Shown here piece after piece: positions 14,544 to 30,500 of a stretch of DNA of 64,000 nt. Under the pieces are notes generated by a model. The model ran no database searches, was not told the DNA's origin, and was given only the letters and a program-made list of their open reading frames with translations. Location: assembly GCA_051362555.1 (NCBI GenBank), contig CM120640.1, positions 40,526,788-40,590,787 on the forward strand, given 5' to 3'. Source of the DNA: Lingula anatina (Eukaryota > Animalia > Brachiopoda). The translations under genes and the position numbers were made by a program. Each line of letters starts with the position of its first letter. Position 1 is the first letter of the stretch.

Positions 14544-17170
14544 TAAAGGGTCTTTAAAAACACGCCGTTTGGACATTGTTTTAATAAGTATGCACATCTT
14601 TCGATTCTGAATTGGAGCAATGCAGCAGCTATAACCCAGTTGTTTTACCATGGCACAGTTTCCTTCTAAATTTCGCTGTCACATAACTAAAATAAATAGA
14701 ATTACCACAATTCATTAAATTTGAAAACATCCTTTTTAACGCGATCCCAACATCTGCGTTCGTGTATGTATGCTACACCGTAAAAAAATAATTATATTAT
14801 AACAATTCCTGCATTTTATTTAGATCTTGGAACTAATTTCACTCTAATTAAAGTAACAAACACGGTGTATGCGTTTCATCTATATGCATAGTGGTTTATT
14901 GAACGTAAGTGAGCAGACGGTCCTGTTGTCTTCGCTTTGTTACATGCTGTCAAGCCATACAAGAGAATTAAGCAAAAGATTTAACTCATAGATACTAATG
15001 CCATAACAGTGTATAGAAACTGCCTACACCCATGTAGGCGTTCCTTTAGAATCTATTCAGTAACAGTACCAGTCTAGCTGAAGATATTGTACTTGCTCTA
15101 CATTTCACATTAAAGAGAGAGGACAAATATTTTGTTAGACTGTCAATCAAACTGTCATTTCCAAGAGTCAAGTTAAATCAGATTTTTTCCACTTGTCCAC
15201 GTCTCTTAATCGCAAAACGTCAGACAACGAGGGTACAGTTTTTCAAAGCTTTACATTGGGTTATAACTGTTGTTTTAAAAGGAATAAAAGAACACCACTT
15301 CAGAGCAGTCAAATTTAGATGGAATTTCGCTGATATTTGAAGACAGTATGATAGAACGTTACCAAATTTTGCCAAAATGTAATTGTAGTAAAGACTTATG
15401 CTATTGGGATTTGTAAGTTACGTGATGTAACGGTCTTTCAAGAAATCTTTTCTTCCTTTTAAACAAATGAACAACATTACATAGTAACTGCAGTTCAGTA
15501 CATGCAGGAAAACGCTGAGACATTTCGTGTCTATGAAGCAGTCCCGGAGCAAAAGAGCGCGCCAGCTTGAAATACGCCTATTTCAATTTTGTCTTGTCCT
15601 GCCAAGCGAAAATAAGAACAAAATATACAGTAAGTATGAGTTCATTCCCAAACATTACGTGCCTAAAAGCAGAGGGGGTAAAGCCACATTTATGAATCAC
15701 AAGCAGTATTATTCAAAGTATTTTACGGTGTACATGTAAGACAGAGCAAGCGTTTTGTAAACCAAGCTACTGAACATTTAATATCAGTTGTAGACGAAGT
15801 TCAGCAAAATAGCTGCCCATGTGAAATGTAAATTAAATCTTGCGCTGTCATCGCCAATGACATTGTCCTCTAATTTTGAAAACGCAAAGAGGGACAGTTA
15901 TTTTACCGATATTACACAGTTCATTTAAACCACACCAACAGGGATAAAACTGAAGATATGCAAATGCTACAATTGCTTTTGGATATATAAATTATAAGTA
16001 GTGATGAATGAATAAATAATACTGTCTACAAGCCATAGTCGCTTTGCTCCATAAGGAAACTATTGAAGCCAGGGAACAGTGCCGCTGCATATTACTGGTC
16101 CTAGTGTGCGTATTCCACGCCTATCGGGTCTATCTGATGAAACAAAAACAAATAACATCTATAAGCTTAAGCTGAGCATGAAATTAAAACAAGCGAATGG
16201 AAAAACATATCTGTAATCAGCGGAAAAAGAACTGCCACTACCAAGGGTATAAAAGACGTCTGGATACACCATCGTGCTCTCAACGCCACAACCTAAAATT
16301 TTACGGTGAGTGGATTGAAAAAATACTGAATGCGATAAGAGTCTGATTCAATGAAAGAGAATGAAGGGTGACGCTGAAATAAAGTCTGAGAGAAGCTAGC
16401 TAGTTCTGCACTGTATCTAACGCCTGTTAGAGTTTAACTAATTAGTATTGAGCTAATTAGCCGTTTAGTTATCGGTATCATAATCCTTTTCACTACAAAC
16501 CAATGGTCCCAAATAGTGGTACCCTTCCTCCACGCCTTGTACACCTTAAATCAGGACAAAATTCAGGTTAAGATCAATCCTTTGTCATTCCGAAATAAAG
16601 CTACTTGTATTTAGCAATTCAAGCTAAATTTCATGCACTAGTGGATCATGCACTCAGTTGGCGGGGCCTACAAGACTATATAGGTAAATAGGAGATACGT
16701 TGAAAGGAACCGTGAGATTAGTGGAATAAAAAGCCTTGGGGAAACAATTCCAGCTCGACGCGAGAATGACATGCAGCGGTAGTAGCTTTGGCGCGCATTT
16801 TTTTTACAAGAATCAAACGCTCTACATGCAGAGAATCGAACGATCTACATGCGACTGCCATGCGTTTGTTAAACCCATATGTAATAATGTTTTCGAGAAT
16901 TAAAGTATATAGCATACCACCACCACCCAAAACTTATAAAATGATAGTTAAGATATTGAAAGAAAAGTAGTTAAAAGAAATACCATTATGCTTATTTTCT
17001 ACGCCCGAAAATAATTTTGCGCGTGCTTAAAAAAAAATAAGAAAAGGCTCGCTGCATTATTTGGGGTAAGTATATGACGGCGCTTTACTAAGAACCTAGC
17101 AAGATACACTGATCTAGAGGTTGATCAGTTAAGTCAATGGCCGGGTAATCTTAAGTGGATCCATCCTTTC

Positions 17171-20048
17171 TTAATCGGTTTCTTGTCCGAAGTGGCATAC
17201 CAACGGTCCGAAGTAGTGGTAACCTTGCTCTCCATCGTTACCTGAGATGCATGGAAACAACACATCTTTTTTTATTCTGACGATCGTGTCGGTAAAAAAT
17301 ATGAAATTTTAGTTCATGCGTTTTCCATGCTGTTTTTGTTTTGATAATTTGTTAAAGCATTCTCAGTTTCAATCACAACAAACGTTACTCTCCTCCATGC
17401 AAGTCAGTCAAATTGTGGAATTGCATTCCCATGCCTATCATTATCATTATAATTCAGCAAATCTAATAATTATAAGATTGCAAACCGAGGAAGGTACTCA
17501 GTCGTTGGCGGGTTCGGTGATGCATATCACTAGATTAAAAACAATCGTAATAATCTGAGGAAGTCAAATCGCTCCTAACAAAACATTGAAAATGTCTTAC
17601 TATGAAGATACGTCTTGGCCTTTGTTGAGAGTTTCAATAAATGCCAATTGATTGCAGCATTTATTTTCCGTAGATGATGGGAATATCATAGTACACATGC
17701 CATGCCCTACACTGCACAAATACATGCGAGTACCTTCTCTCGGGGTATGTTATTCTACATGCAATATAAATCTACGAACTTTTTGGAACATGGCGTTATC
17801 TACTAGTATACCTTCAAGACCATGATGTGGATCCAGGCTCACATGCGTTGTCTATCTAACTCTGTGGTTATATAATGGACTCATGCTCACATGCATGATG
17901 TGGCTACATTTGAACAATGCCTGTGGAGATGACAAAGTTCCTCGATAAGTACCATGCAAATGGACGGACGAGCGCTCTCATGCAGAGCTAACATCTCTCT
18001 ATGAAGAAATGAGTACACGTGGATCAAAGCATTCACAGGTCAAAACATGAAAGTTCCACAGGCACTGTGCCAAACCTTGGAGTGGAGATACTTTCAATTC
18101 ACCTTAACTGAAAAAATGCTTCCGTCTACTTTGACAATGTTAATTTGTATAGAGCGCCCTGTTTTGATTTTGAACAAAAAATCAGGTGGATCTATAAAAT
18201 GTTTTACTTTTGTTTAAGATGAAGTTAATAAAGGTGACATGAGTGATGATAAAAATTTAATCCTGTATATAAGATAAAATGGGGAGAAAATCATTTCAAT
18301 ATAGCATAAGCAAGAATGAAAAGAAACGCCAAACACAGGTGTCCCCTGATAGCGGGGAGCTGTAGAAGGCGTAACATTTCACATGCAAACTAACACTATG
18401 CAGGTGCACGGATTCAAATACAGACCCCAACAATCATGCTTCTCTTATACAGTGTACATCATATTTAAACCAACCAAGAGTAATTTGTGCGTATGACGTC
18501 TTTTGAAGATACTAAACATTCTTTTTATTAGTTTTATTTTCCTTTTTACAAAAAAATGTTGTTCAATTTTTTTCTAAAAGACGAAATTTCTTTCATATGG
18601 CATGTATAAGCGGTCTTTTTTTCGTAAACAGTAATCTGTAGTTTGTGCATTACTACAAGTTCTTATAAACCTTAAAGCTATAATTCATGTGTCCAAAGAC
18701 AAAAATATTTTAGCATGAAGGCGTTTTAATGCGTCATTTTAGTTATGCCATATATTTATGAATGACTTTCTCTAATTTCCAAGATCCAAATGTTGAAAAT
18801 GTACACCTTATTACTGTAAAAATATGAATGTCATGCCAACGGGCCGTCTTGCTCGTGAAATCGGTTTTGTTGAACTCGTTTGTCAGCCACATTATGGAGT
18901 AAGGGAGAGAAGCAGATGCACAGATATTCATGGGATCTGGTTGTATATTAAGCAGAGCATGCAAAGTGCAATCAAAAGTTATCAATCAGTTTTTAAAGTA
19001 TAAATCTAAAAAGGGTTTCTCAAATGAGATATAATTCGAAATTATACTTTGAAGATTAAAATGAATATAATTTTTCTAAGCATATTAAAAAACTCCATAC
19101 GTTGTTAGTTTCAAATAGAGTTACCGTAAGAAAAACATTTTAATCAATGGTTATTATGAGATATTATGATTATTTGCTTCATTCGACCAGGTGGGTGTTT
19201 ACGTAAATTCATATATTTAGCGTGGTACTGAGGCAACCCTGGCCTTACCTGTGTCACCGGCGTAAAAGTCCGTCACAGGAAGATCTGGTTTGTACGTTAT
19301 CCAACCAGCATCTTCGCGCCAAGTGGCGTCATTGGCGTCACAATTGCAAACAGTGCCCGGTTTATGGCACGTGCCGTTCACCCCGCATGCGCACATGTCG
19401 CTACCGGGCGGTGCCCCGCCCCAGTAGTACCGGAACTCTCCGTCACGGTTCGCCCAGAAGGTCGTGACGATTTCTCGGCTGGTGGGATGGTGGATAGTAG
19501 CCGAATAACATTTCCAGGAGATGAACTGCTTGCATTCCGTCGAGGTGTCTACCAAAAATGCCAACTGCAAAGCGGAGACGGGAGGGAAACCGGGAGAGCC
19601 GTATATGAGCGCCAACTGGTATTCACCAGCGCCTTCGTAGCCAATAACTTGAACGGGTTCTTCATTGTTGTGTCCTTATAGAAACATAAGAATAGCATGT
19701 ATTACTTAACTGTAAATTATATCATAATTTTGTTTTTATTATTGACATCCAGTTCACCTAAAAATCTTTTCAGGTTGACATGTCTTGTCAGGTTAGTTTA
19801 ATAGGCCTTACACCTGTTGTGTTCACACCATGGTTGTTCTCAGTTATCTCTAATGCTGGAAACTCGTGGTGCAGCACATAACTGAACTGTGAAATTGTTA
19901 CTCTTACCGACAACAGTGTAGGCTCTCTCTTCAGTAATGTTACAGAAGACTGTAAACGGCTGTACAAAACCGTCTGGGCCGTCAGGATCAATGGGGCCAT
20001 AAGTGCTAACTGTCAGTCCACGCCTCACCCAGTCCTCGCAGTTCAGAG
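17171..20048 (-). CDS. Mosaic gene C-terminal CNTNAP/neurexin-IV-type fibrinogen-like domain (3 exons)
   Basis: NCEDW...IDPDGPDG...PFTVFCN; GHNNEE...GYEGAG; CKQFISWKC...[20 protein letters not shown]...[15 protein letters not shown]...LPV; [13 protein letters not shown]. These match the motif pattern of the CASPR/CNTNAP fibrinogen-like region. Confidence 0.85.
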
Positions 20049-21242
20049 CTGAGGAGACGAAAGAAAATGAAAATTGCATACTCATGGTAGATGAGCTAAT
20101 AAACATTTTATTCAATGATAAAAACTGCATATAGGAAAACATATTTCTGCCACAAAATTGAAGAGTTACGACAAAACGCCCACTTAAAAAATGATTAAAT
20201 AAATAACGGAAAGCAACCCAACGGTTATATTTTCTCAACAGTGAAAAGAAGGACCATATTGGTAAAAACAAGGAACAATAAAGTTGTAACATTTATCGAA
20301 TGGTTGAGGAGTAAACGAGACATTTTAAGACCAAACTACCTGGATCACATGAGAACACGTGACAAGGGCCAGTCTTCGTGTTGTTCCCAATACAGTCTAT
20401 GGTGAGATTACCATAAGATTCCATGTCACAGACGCGCGTGCTGTACCGAATACCACCTCCACAGGTGGCGCTGCATTCGCCCCAAGGGGACCACTCCATC
20501 CAATCGCCAGGGACTAAAATGGATGACATCACAATAGAATCCAAGAAACTGTTTGGCGTAAGGGTTAGTTATGTGAGCGAAATATGGTTTAGAATGCAAA
20601 GCTGGGTTAGAAATGCAAACTGGAAATATGAAAAAAAAATTGAAAAGTGAACATATGGAAATTCGACGAAATGTTTCTAAAAATCTAATAATTTTTCTCC
20701 ATCCTGTTTGAAATGTCCGTTCACTTTCTAAAAGACAAAGTTTATAAAATATCCTGTATGCGCGCTTCACAGCAGCCATATGATATCGGCGCAAGGTTCG
20801 CACAGTATCTGTTCTGGGTGCGTGCAGTATGCATGAAAGCATTCCTTTTAAGAAAAAAATTGGAAAGGTTCAGTTATGGCAGTAAGCAATTGGAAAAATT
20901 GAGAGAAAAGCATTAGGAGCGTGTTGATAGTATATCTAGGTGTTGAAGCAGGCGTGTGGCCCAAGGCGTTTACTCACTTGGGCAACCCTGGGGATTACAT
21001 ACACCGGTATCTCCCACTGGCCCTACGCAATCTTTCCCTCCATAATACGGCCCATCACACTGACGAGTTCTACTTCGTTGCCCACCTCCGCAAGTAAGCG
21101 TGCAAGTGCCCCATTCGCCCCATGCTTTCCATATGCCGTCGACTGGAGAAAAAGCTTATAAGCGTGAATAGGCAAACCTTTTACAGCATTAGAAAGCATT
21201 TTGCAGAGGTGCACGCAAACGCATATAAATCTGAGGATTTTG

Positions 21243-21316
<74 letters not shown>

Positions 21317-21512
21317 CACGCACGCCCATTAAAAGCAAGAAAAATGTGCAGAATTCAATCATTAAAGATCAAATGAGATACTACACGTATGATAAGACAC
21401 ATTAACGTAGTCTTTTGCAAAGCTGAAAGTCGACAAATTGTCAAGAAAAATGAATAAGCAAGCTTTTCACAATAAAAGAAGGGTCTTTGCAAATGTATAA
21501 GCTTAAAAGCAT

Positions 21513-21550
<38 letters not shown>

Positions 21551-24500
21551 ATAAAGAGGTATCATAGATCACTTATTATAGACAAGGTGCGTTGCATTTT
21601 CAAAGATTCTGGCGTGAAAAGGTATTAAACGAAAGAAAAAATGCGGACTCAAAAACGCGCAAAAATATAACAAAAGTAAGAGATGTGCGAGCTTATACAA
21701 GTGAATTACAGGATGAAATCATGAAACTATCATCAGTAGGACTGGATATTGTCAATAAAGATCAAAAGTGCAAAAATTGGATGATCTGAAAAATAGTAAT
21801 TCTGGTTGATGAACAGTATGAAAATGAGAAAGCACATGTCTGCCCAAAGCACATGGCACAGGTAGAAAAATTTTCTGTACAAAACGGTGCAGTAAGAAAC
21901 AAACGCAAAAAAAAAAAAAAAAAACGCAATAAAAATTGTAAAATTAAAAAGTTGAAGTGGTCCTTCTATATATCCAGTGTAATTTTCACGTCTACGAAAT
22001 GCAGTACTCGCAAACTATACCGGGACAATGATGCGTATTGCAGTCGCGCGAATCCTGTAATGGACCGTCACATTCAGCGCCTCCGAAAAACGGACCGTTG
22101 CACACCCTTTCTCGCATTTGTGTTCCTCCGCCACAAGAAACGGTGCATTCTCCCCAAGCTGCCCATGGGTCAAACACACCATCGACTGGAAGACATGTAT
22201 TGCTTAGACAAATAACGCACAAATACTGATATCTGAGCTCTGGTAAAATATCTGCCAAACGTTCTAACGAAAACCATTCCAATATTCACAAATAAAAAGA
22301 AAAACGATGCCATATGTACAAATAAACATTTTACGTGGCCTCGACATTGACTGTGGCCTTAGTACCAAAGTTGTTTTGCCTCTTGAATCATGGAAACGTC
22401 CAATACAAGTATAAGGGAACATGCCTGGGCAGTTGTGCTCATTACAAGCTCGGGATTCATCACTTGGTCCTTGGCAATCTGCTCCACCGTAAAAGGGACC
22501 GATACAGACTCTGCTCCGGTTTTGATTACCACCGCCACACGAGACGCTGCAAGGTCCCCAGTCCAGCCATTGGTCGAAGACTCCGTCCACTGCAAACCAC
22601 AACTTGTATTTGAAATAAAGAATTCGCAGACACACACACACACACATCGGCTAACACATGGACGAAAAAGAGATTCAGATTTACATGTACGTGGTTTTCT
22701 TTTTGCACCAACTAACCAAACAGCCAACCAATCAAAAACAAGCATACCAAAAAGAAGAAAAATGCCTTCAATTTCTCACATGTTCTTTTCCTGACTTATG
22801 TTAAGTAGACCATATTTCCTGAAACTTGCCTGGGCAGTGATGCGTATTACATGGCTGGGTTTGGTTCCAGGGCCCTTCGCAATCTTTGCCGCCATAAAAT
22901 GGCCCTGTACACGTCCTGTTGCGATGCTGCTGTCCTCCCCCGCAAGACAGGCTGCATGAATACCATTCTGACCATTGTACGAACACTCCGTCGACTTGTA
23001 AAATAACCAGTAACAGGTCGAAAAATTTAACATGGAAATCAGGCACAAGGGTGGTTAAATCTTGCTTATGTATTTGACAAAAAGACGCCATGTGCTTGTT
23101 TTGTTAGTTTTTACGTAAAATGCTCTGATTTGGTTTATTGCTGTCCATTTTCGAGCCTCTGAATACTTGCTCCAAAGCGTTGTCAAGAATAAGTATTCTA
23201 AAAACCATCTTATATCTTAGAAAACAATAATTTTTAAAATGTTTGTAAGATTTGAAACACGGGTGGAATCAATGAACTTAACTTATCGAGTTCTACGTAA
23301 ACTGATTCATTTATAATTTACCTCAAACAATGTACTAAACAAACATCAACTAACGAGGCAAGAACACCAGACTGCACACAAACAGGAAAACAACACGTCA
23401 ATATAGTCTCCTGAAAGAATTAAAAATAAAAATACTACACAGGCATGACCCTTAAAATTTGGTGGCATACATATTTTAAAGTAGACGTCTTCAATACGCG
23501 CTTTCAAATCAAACGCACAGAATGCAAACACAGAAAACTATTGCTCATTAAAATACAAGTAGAATAAAAACACATAACCAAGAATAATGACCAAACCCTT
23601 TCATTCAAAAACCAATTTTATTTCGAAAAAAGACTCATGACAAAGATACAAAAAAGTAATGCACTCTAAATCAGATCAATTGAACAAACACAAAAATGCA
23701 GACATTTCATTTAACAATACCCACATTCATGAGATGCAAAACTAAACAAAGTTAAAAGATTGTCATATGTATTTCACACTCAAAGCTCAAATATGTACAA
23801 AGACAGAAGTCCACAGATTGACACGTTTTTCACAATACACTCTAGTAATATACCACAGACAAGCAAAAACGAAAAGAAACTATACACCAAGAGCAATCAC
23901 CACCCAAAAACCTCATACCCGGACATTCGTGAACATTACACGCCTGAGTTTCATTAAAATCGCCTTCACATTCGCGTCCGTGGAAGAAAGGACCCACACA
24001 GACTCTGTGTCTGCCCTGGGTTCCCCCACCGCAAGAAACACTGCAGCCTCCCCAAGACGACCAATCCGAGAATTCGCCGTCGACTGGAACGACACATCAT
24101 CTTAATTTTCTCGACAAATATCGGGCGGATTTAAGAAATCCACGAGAGACCAAAAATACAAAACACGCGGAATTGTAAAAAAGCAATGGATGTTTTAGAG
24201 GTGTACATAAGAAATAGTTAATACAAGTTATTTGAAATATATCTTTCCACGAAGTGTTATCTGAAAAAGAATTTTGATATCACAGGATATGAATCAATTA
24301 AAAAAACTGAAGAAAACAGAACTAAACATACCGCATTTTTTGTTTTTACAACTGAGGATATGGATACTACTAATAATAATTTGAAAATCACGGTCAATGC
24401 ATTTAGTTAACAAAATCCATAAACTAAATTTAAACTGTCATCTAACAAACATTAACCATTCATAAAACTCGAAACAGAAGTGTATATTCTTACTTGGACA

Positions 24501-27500
24501 AGGGTGAGAATTGCAGGCCTGGGACTCATTCCAGCTGCCCTCGCAGTCCCTCCCCTTGTGGTACGGCCCGTCACAGTCACGGTATCTCCACTGTATCCCT
24601 CCGCCACAAGACACGCTGCAGTTATCCCAGTTCGACCATTGCCTCCAGACACCGTCAACTGGAATAGGGAAGGAGGGTTTGAATTGATGCGAGGAACAGG
24701 GTGACAAAAATACTTATCACGGACGTGGAACGAGTAACTGTATTTTACGTTTAAATTTTGATTCAGCTGTTGCGTGCACTTTTCCATCTTACTTTTATAG
24801 TTTGCTTTATAAAGACACTAAGCATGTCACAACATGTTATAAACATTAAATATGTAACAAACGTGTTATCTTCTATTATTTTCAAAAGAGAACGAAAAGC
24901 AACTGTTCTTCAACTGCCACATAAAACAAGAAACACCAATATATATCTAACAATTAAGCAAGAAATGTGCATGTATAAACCAACATATTAAAAATATTAT
25001 AAATCACACATATGATTTTAAAAACTATATAGCTTCACTGATATATAATCTCATTTGGATATGTGTAGACACCATTTAAACAACAAAACAAAATGTACCA
25101 TTAAAATCCAGTAAACTATGCATAAAGCGCAAAGACCAAATAGATATCCATTGAGACTGCGCATAAGTACCAATCTGTTAACATCTCAATACAAAGAAGC
25201 AGAGAAACCAAAATTTTAAGAGGGTGACGTAACACTTCGCCCGTCCCTGGCTGAGGCGATCTGTAAAAGTGTGAATTTTGGAGCATTATGCGAGACTTGT
25301 TTTTCGCATTGGTACGGTACAGGGACTGAATTCACCAAGCCCCCCCCTTATGTATGCTTTGTGGAAATCAATGGATATCCATATGGTTCTAGTAAATAGT
25401 TAAAAGTGTCAAGATAAAAAACTATCACCCCTAAACACCAAGAGAAAGTACACTATGAAGAGGAGTCAGGTGTAGAAACACAGAAAAGATCTACGAGTAA
25501 AAGTAGACAGACGCGAGTGGCTCATTCAGTCAGCATCTCAGCAACTCTATCTCCTGAATTCTTGATCACCAATTGCAGATTCAACGCCCTGCCGGATCTG
25601 AAGTGCATTTCATAGCTCTGCTTGACAAGCGCTGTAGTTCTGTTCAGCCGAGTACAATCCTAGGTTCCTCGGACAGGGGTCCAAAAGATCACATGCATAT
25701 GAATCACACAGTTGCACCACTGATGACAAGGTTTTTGAACGTGAGGCCACACGTAAAACGATGTAATTTCATAATGATTGTTATAAATGTGGACTCACAC
25801 ACGTGATACATTCAGATGACACGTGATACATTCAAATGACACGTAATTCAGACCTGGGCACGGATGTGTATTGCACGGTTGTGAGCTGTTCCAGCTTCCT
25901 ACGCAGTCCTCTCCTCCGTAAAAGGGGCCTGTGCACTGCCGGTATCTCCACTGTATACCTCCGCCACAGGATAAATCGCAGGCGTCCCATTCGGACCACT
26001 CCTCAAAGACGCCGTCAACTTGATTAAACAGGTTTAAACATTAATGGAGAGACCATCTCTGAACGTTTTTCCATTCCATGTCTACATACATTTTGAGATG
26101 ATGCAGAGTATGTTCATAGTATACTATTGCGCATAATTTGGAGACATTGTGAGTAACATAATGTTATGTATCTGACGAATTTCAATACGGAGTGAGACAT
26201 TTTCTGACAACACATACATAATTATTTAACAGTTTCATCGTGACCAACTGCAATGCAGCATCAAATATTAATCCAACTACACTAATATTTTGCCCATTGA
26301 CCGTATTAAGTCGGTTAAAGGAACTAGAGAGCATATTCAAAACGACGTTCAAGTCTCTAATAAACAAAGTTGACAACACTCCACATCTAAGTTTCTATAC
26401 AAAATACCGGGACAGTGGTGAGTATTGCAATCTCTGGTGTCCACAAGAGCTCCGATACAGTCTTGACCACCGTGGAAAGGTCCGTCACAAGTCCGCTCTC
26501 GGTTCTGCGTTCCCCCTCCGCAAGTGACGTTGCACGTTTCCCATTCAGACCATTGAGTGAAAACTCCGTCGACTAAGAAGTAGGCATTTCAAAGTCTAAA
26601 TTCTTGCAAAACATTGCATCAAGACTATGTCCAAAATAAAACTCTTTTCCCACTCGGGCGTGTTAACAAAGATTACATAACAAAATATGGTTTCCTACAT
26701 TTTACTATGGGTAATACTAAGGCTAATACACTACCAGGGTATTACTAAGGGGAAAGCCGTAAATATTATCTCTACTGCATGCCAAAAAAGTACGCGTTTC
26801 CATGCCATTAAATAATATCTAATATTTGTTTACACAACCGTTTACATGCCATCAATTACAAAGAACATTGTAAAGCCATAGCTATTAAATATGGTATTAT
26901 TTCAGATCACTCTAATAAACCAAAATTAAATCTGACTCAAGCTTGCTCAACCAATACTATACTATTTTTCCAGCTACAGCCGTTTGCCCTGCACTAGTAA
27001 CAATTCACTGTATATTTATTTGTATTTATACACAAGTAAATGCACAAGCAGATACACACACGTATTACAAAACATACCGGGACATGGGTGAACGTTACAC
27101 TCCTGAGACTGATTCCTCGCTCCAACACAATCCGCCCCGCCGTGTGCCACGCCCCAGCACTCCCTGCTACGCCACTGTATCCCGCCGTTACAGCTGACCG
27201 AACACTGCCCCCAGTCTGACCAGAGACTGAATGAGCCATCCACTAAAATTTTAACAGCAAAGGCGATAAGCTATACCATGTGTAAACAGAATGCGCCTGT
27301 TGTGGTACTGTTGACACCTGTGTAGCATTAAGCAGCGTTCGCAGCAATAGATGTAATTAAAAGAGTTGTAAAAGATGAGATATAGTTAAGCAAGTTTAAG
27401 CTGCACTACTTGATGTCAAAAAAGTCTAGCAAAAAAGTGTTGACTAAAATTGCAGCAGAAAGTGGGGATCATCCAAGGTAGAACAAAGATTCGAGGCTTG

Positions 27501-30500
27501 GCGAAAAATGAAGCGATATTCCCAAAAAGTGCCGACAGCCTCTTTTTAGCCTATCTCGGATGGTCCCTATTAGCAAAGCATTATTTGCACCTTAAAAGTA
27601 AGCAAAGTCGAGTTAAATTTGTTCACGTTTCACCAGTTCCAAATACTTTAATTCAAAGAAACAACGTGTGTGTTCATACTATTTAGCAGTTGGACATACC
27701 TGGGCATGCGTGCTCATTGCAAGCGCGTGAGTCATTTTTAGGACCCTGGCAAGCCAGGCCCCCGTAGTAAGGGCCATCGCATACTCTATTTCGCGACTGC
27801 ATGCCACCTCCACATTCACGAGAGCATGCTTCCCATGCTGTCCATTCTTGCCATACTCCATCCACTGATTTACATAATAAGTAAATAAATAGGTGCCGAT
27901 ACGATAGTTTCCATATAGATACATATTTATTCTTTAACAGGGCCTGTGATATTACTACAGTCACAACAACATGCGTGTTGAAACATGTGGAGTGCATAAA
28001 GGGCAAGGTTTCAGGCTATAGATTCGTTTGTATGCCCGAGTGACAGTTGTTACTGAAGACTGGTATGCGAGCGTGAAGGGTAGTAACGCTACGCCCTAAT
28101 TTGATTGATCTGAGATTGCCCCCAAACGATGCACAAACACGCCTGTGTAATGCCAAACGAAAGTGAAAGACAATCGTTATGCCTTATTCAAAGATTGCAC
28201 GGATTGCACACGATGCTCAAATACTGTCGATGCAAATGTGAGTGAAAGGTATAAGCGCTATACCTTTATATCTGGTATTGCTGATGACAAATACTCACAC
28301 GATGCCAGTATAAGTGTTTATATTAATTCACACAAAAAATAACGTGTATAGCGCGATTATCTTTTATTTATCTATTATATACTTTAACAAAATTAACACT
28401 GTCTCTTTGAATCACACGTGCGGTGTGTTCACTCTTAGTGCTGTGGTGGCGAACTCCAAACTGGCCCTTAAAAGAGAAACACAGTTAAATTAGAAAAACA
28501 TTAATGATAAATGTTAACCACTTAAATGAAATTTTTATAAATGTTTACGATCGTTCGATATATTTCACAATAAGGTGTCAGGTCAATTGACTGAAAACGC
28601 TTTTACAACGTACCGGGACAATTATGGGTATTGCATTGCATGAATTCCTCGCTGTCGCCCTCACAACTTTTGCCGCCATGTTGGGCGGCAGCGCAACTCC
28701 TGTAGCGCCTTTGAATACCACCGCCACATGTGACATTACATGTGAACCACCTCGTCCACAAACTCCATGCTCCATCCACTGGAAGTAAGGCAGTGGACAT
28801 TGGTTTACGATTCAGATTTATGATTCAGAATGGTCCGTGACGGTGTTTTCGTATCATTTTGATTTTTTCAAATTTAACACAGAAATACTGCAAGATTGAA
28901 TGGCTGTATATATTTTGTCCAAGGTCGAAAATGTGTTCAAGTGAAAATGCTCGTATTTAAGATAAAAGGGTAATTGAATAGTTATTTTTCGGATTGCATC
29001 CTCTAATGTTCAGACCAAACTTTGCCAGCTAGGCTAGTTAGAATCGTCAGGTATGTCATACATTAACTGTCATACATTTACTAACACATTAGAATGTTTT
29101 AAACAGAGCTTAAGTAGAACTAATTAATAAAAACAAATTTCGATTTGTATATACAACTTTTACCTGGACATGGGTTGTCGTTGCAAAAGCCTGTCTGGGT
29201 CGACTCTCCTTCGCACATTTGGCCGCCGTAGCGTGGCAGCATGCACATGCGCGAGCGCCGCTGTGTCCCCCCTCCGCAGCTGGCAGTACAAATTGCCCAG
29301 GTTGACCAACTTAGCCATTGTCCATCCACTGTAAATGTACACTTAGATGGTCAAGTTGACGTTTTTGTTAGCAGCACAAGTGCCATGAGAAACTTAAGCT
29401 TGCCAAATTTTGATTAGTGTTTTTTTTTTTTGTCACACTGTAAATGAGAAAACCAAGTATTATGAAAGCTGTTCACTTTTTGAATTTTTCCACAACTATC
29501 GAATATCCGAAAAATGATTGGATAAAGTTGCTTATTTTGGACAGAATCAATCACAAGTGCAAAATGCTGAAAATTCGAGTTCTGGCAATATCTTCTTCAC
29601 ACGTGCAGAAACGCTTGGAAAGCGCTGGAATGCGTCCAGCGAGAGAAGGAAAATATCATTGGTACCAGGAAAAGATTCAGAGTTTCAACATTAGTATTTA
29701 GATTAATTCGTGAAGAACCGAACTGAATCCTGCCGTAGTGTTAAGAGTTACAGAGAGAAAGCAAGGGTTGCACACCAAGCATGCAACAGGTTAGTACCAC
29801 TCCATGGAACAAGGAACAACACGGTGACAATCTCCACTCCACGCGTGCTAATAGAGCGAATCCGTCGCAGCGGATCAGTTTACCAGGACAGTTGTGCTCG
29901 TTACAAGCTCTGGTTTCATTTGCCGGCCCGTCACAGTCAGCACCGCCGAAAAAGGGACCGATACATTCTCTGGAATGCCACTGTTCCCCTCCCCCACATA
30001 GATGTGAGCACTCGCTCCATTCCGTCCAATTGCTCCAAATGCCATCAACTGAAACATGAAAGCGGTGAGATACATACATTTTCTTCATGACTACATGATT
30101 TGGTTTTGAAATTTGATTTTAAAAATTTTGAGAAAATTTTTCATAATTTGCATTTGGGAGTAATATATACCATCAAAAGGTACTGCTAATTTCTTAATGA
30201 CAAGAGTAAATTCGAGAACCAAAATGTTACGTCAAAATATTCGCCTTGTTTTCTTTTTTACAACATCAATAAAAATATTTCCAAATAAAAATTTATGACA
30301 GTAAACAACCTTCAGTCTTTTAAAGCCTTTGCTGAAGAACTTACCGGGGCATTCATGAGTGTTGCACTGCCTGACATCAGTTGTATTCCCAGTGCAATTC
30401 TGACCTCCATATAACACCTCGGAGCACGTGCGCGTCCTGTCCTGCTCCCCTCCTCCACAAGAGACAGAGCACTGACCCCACTCTGACCACTCGTTCCATT

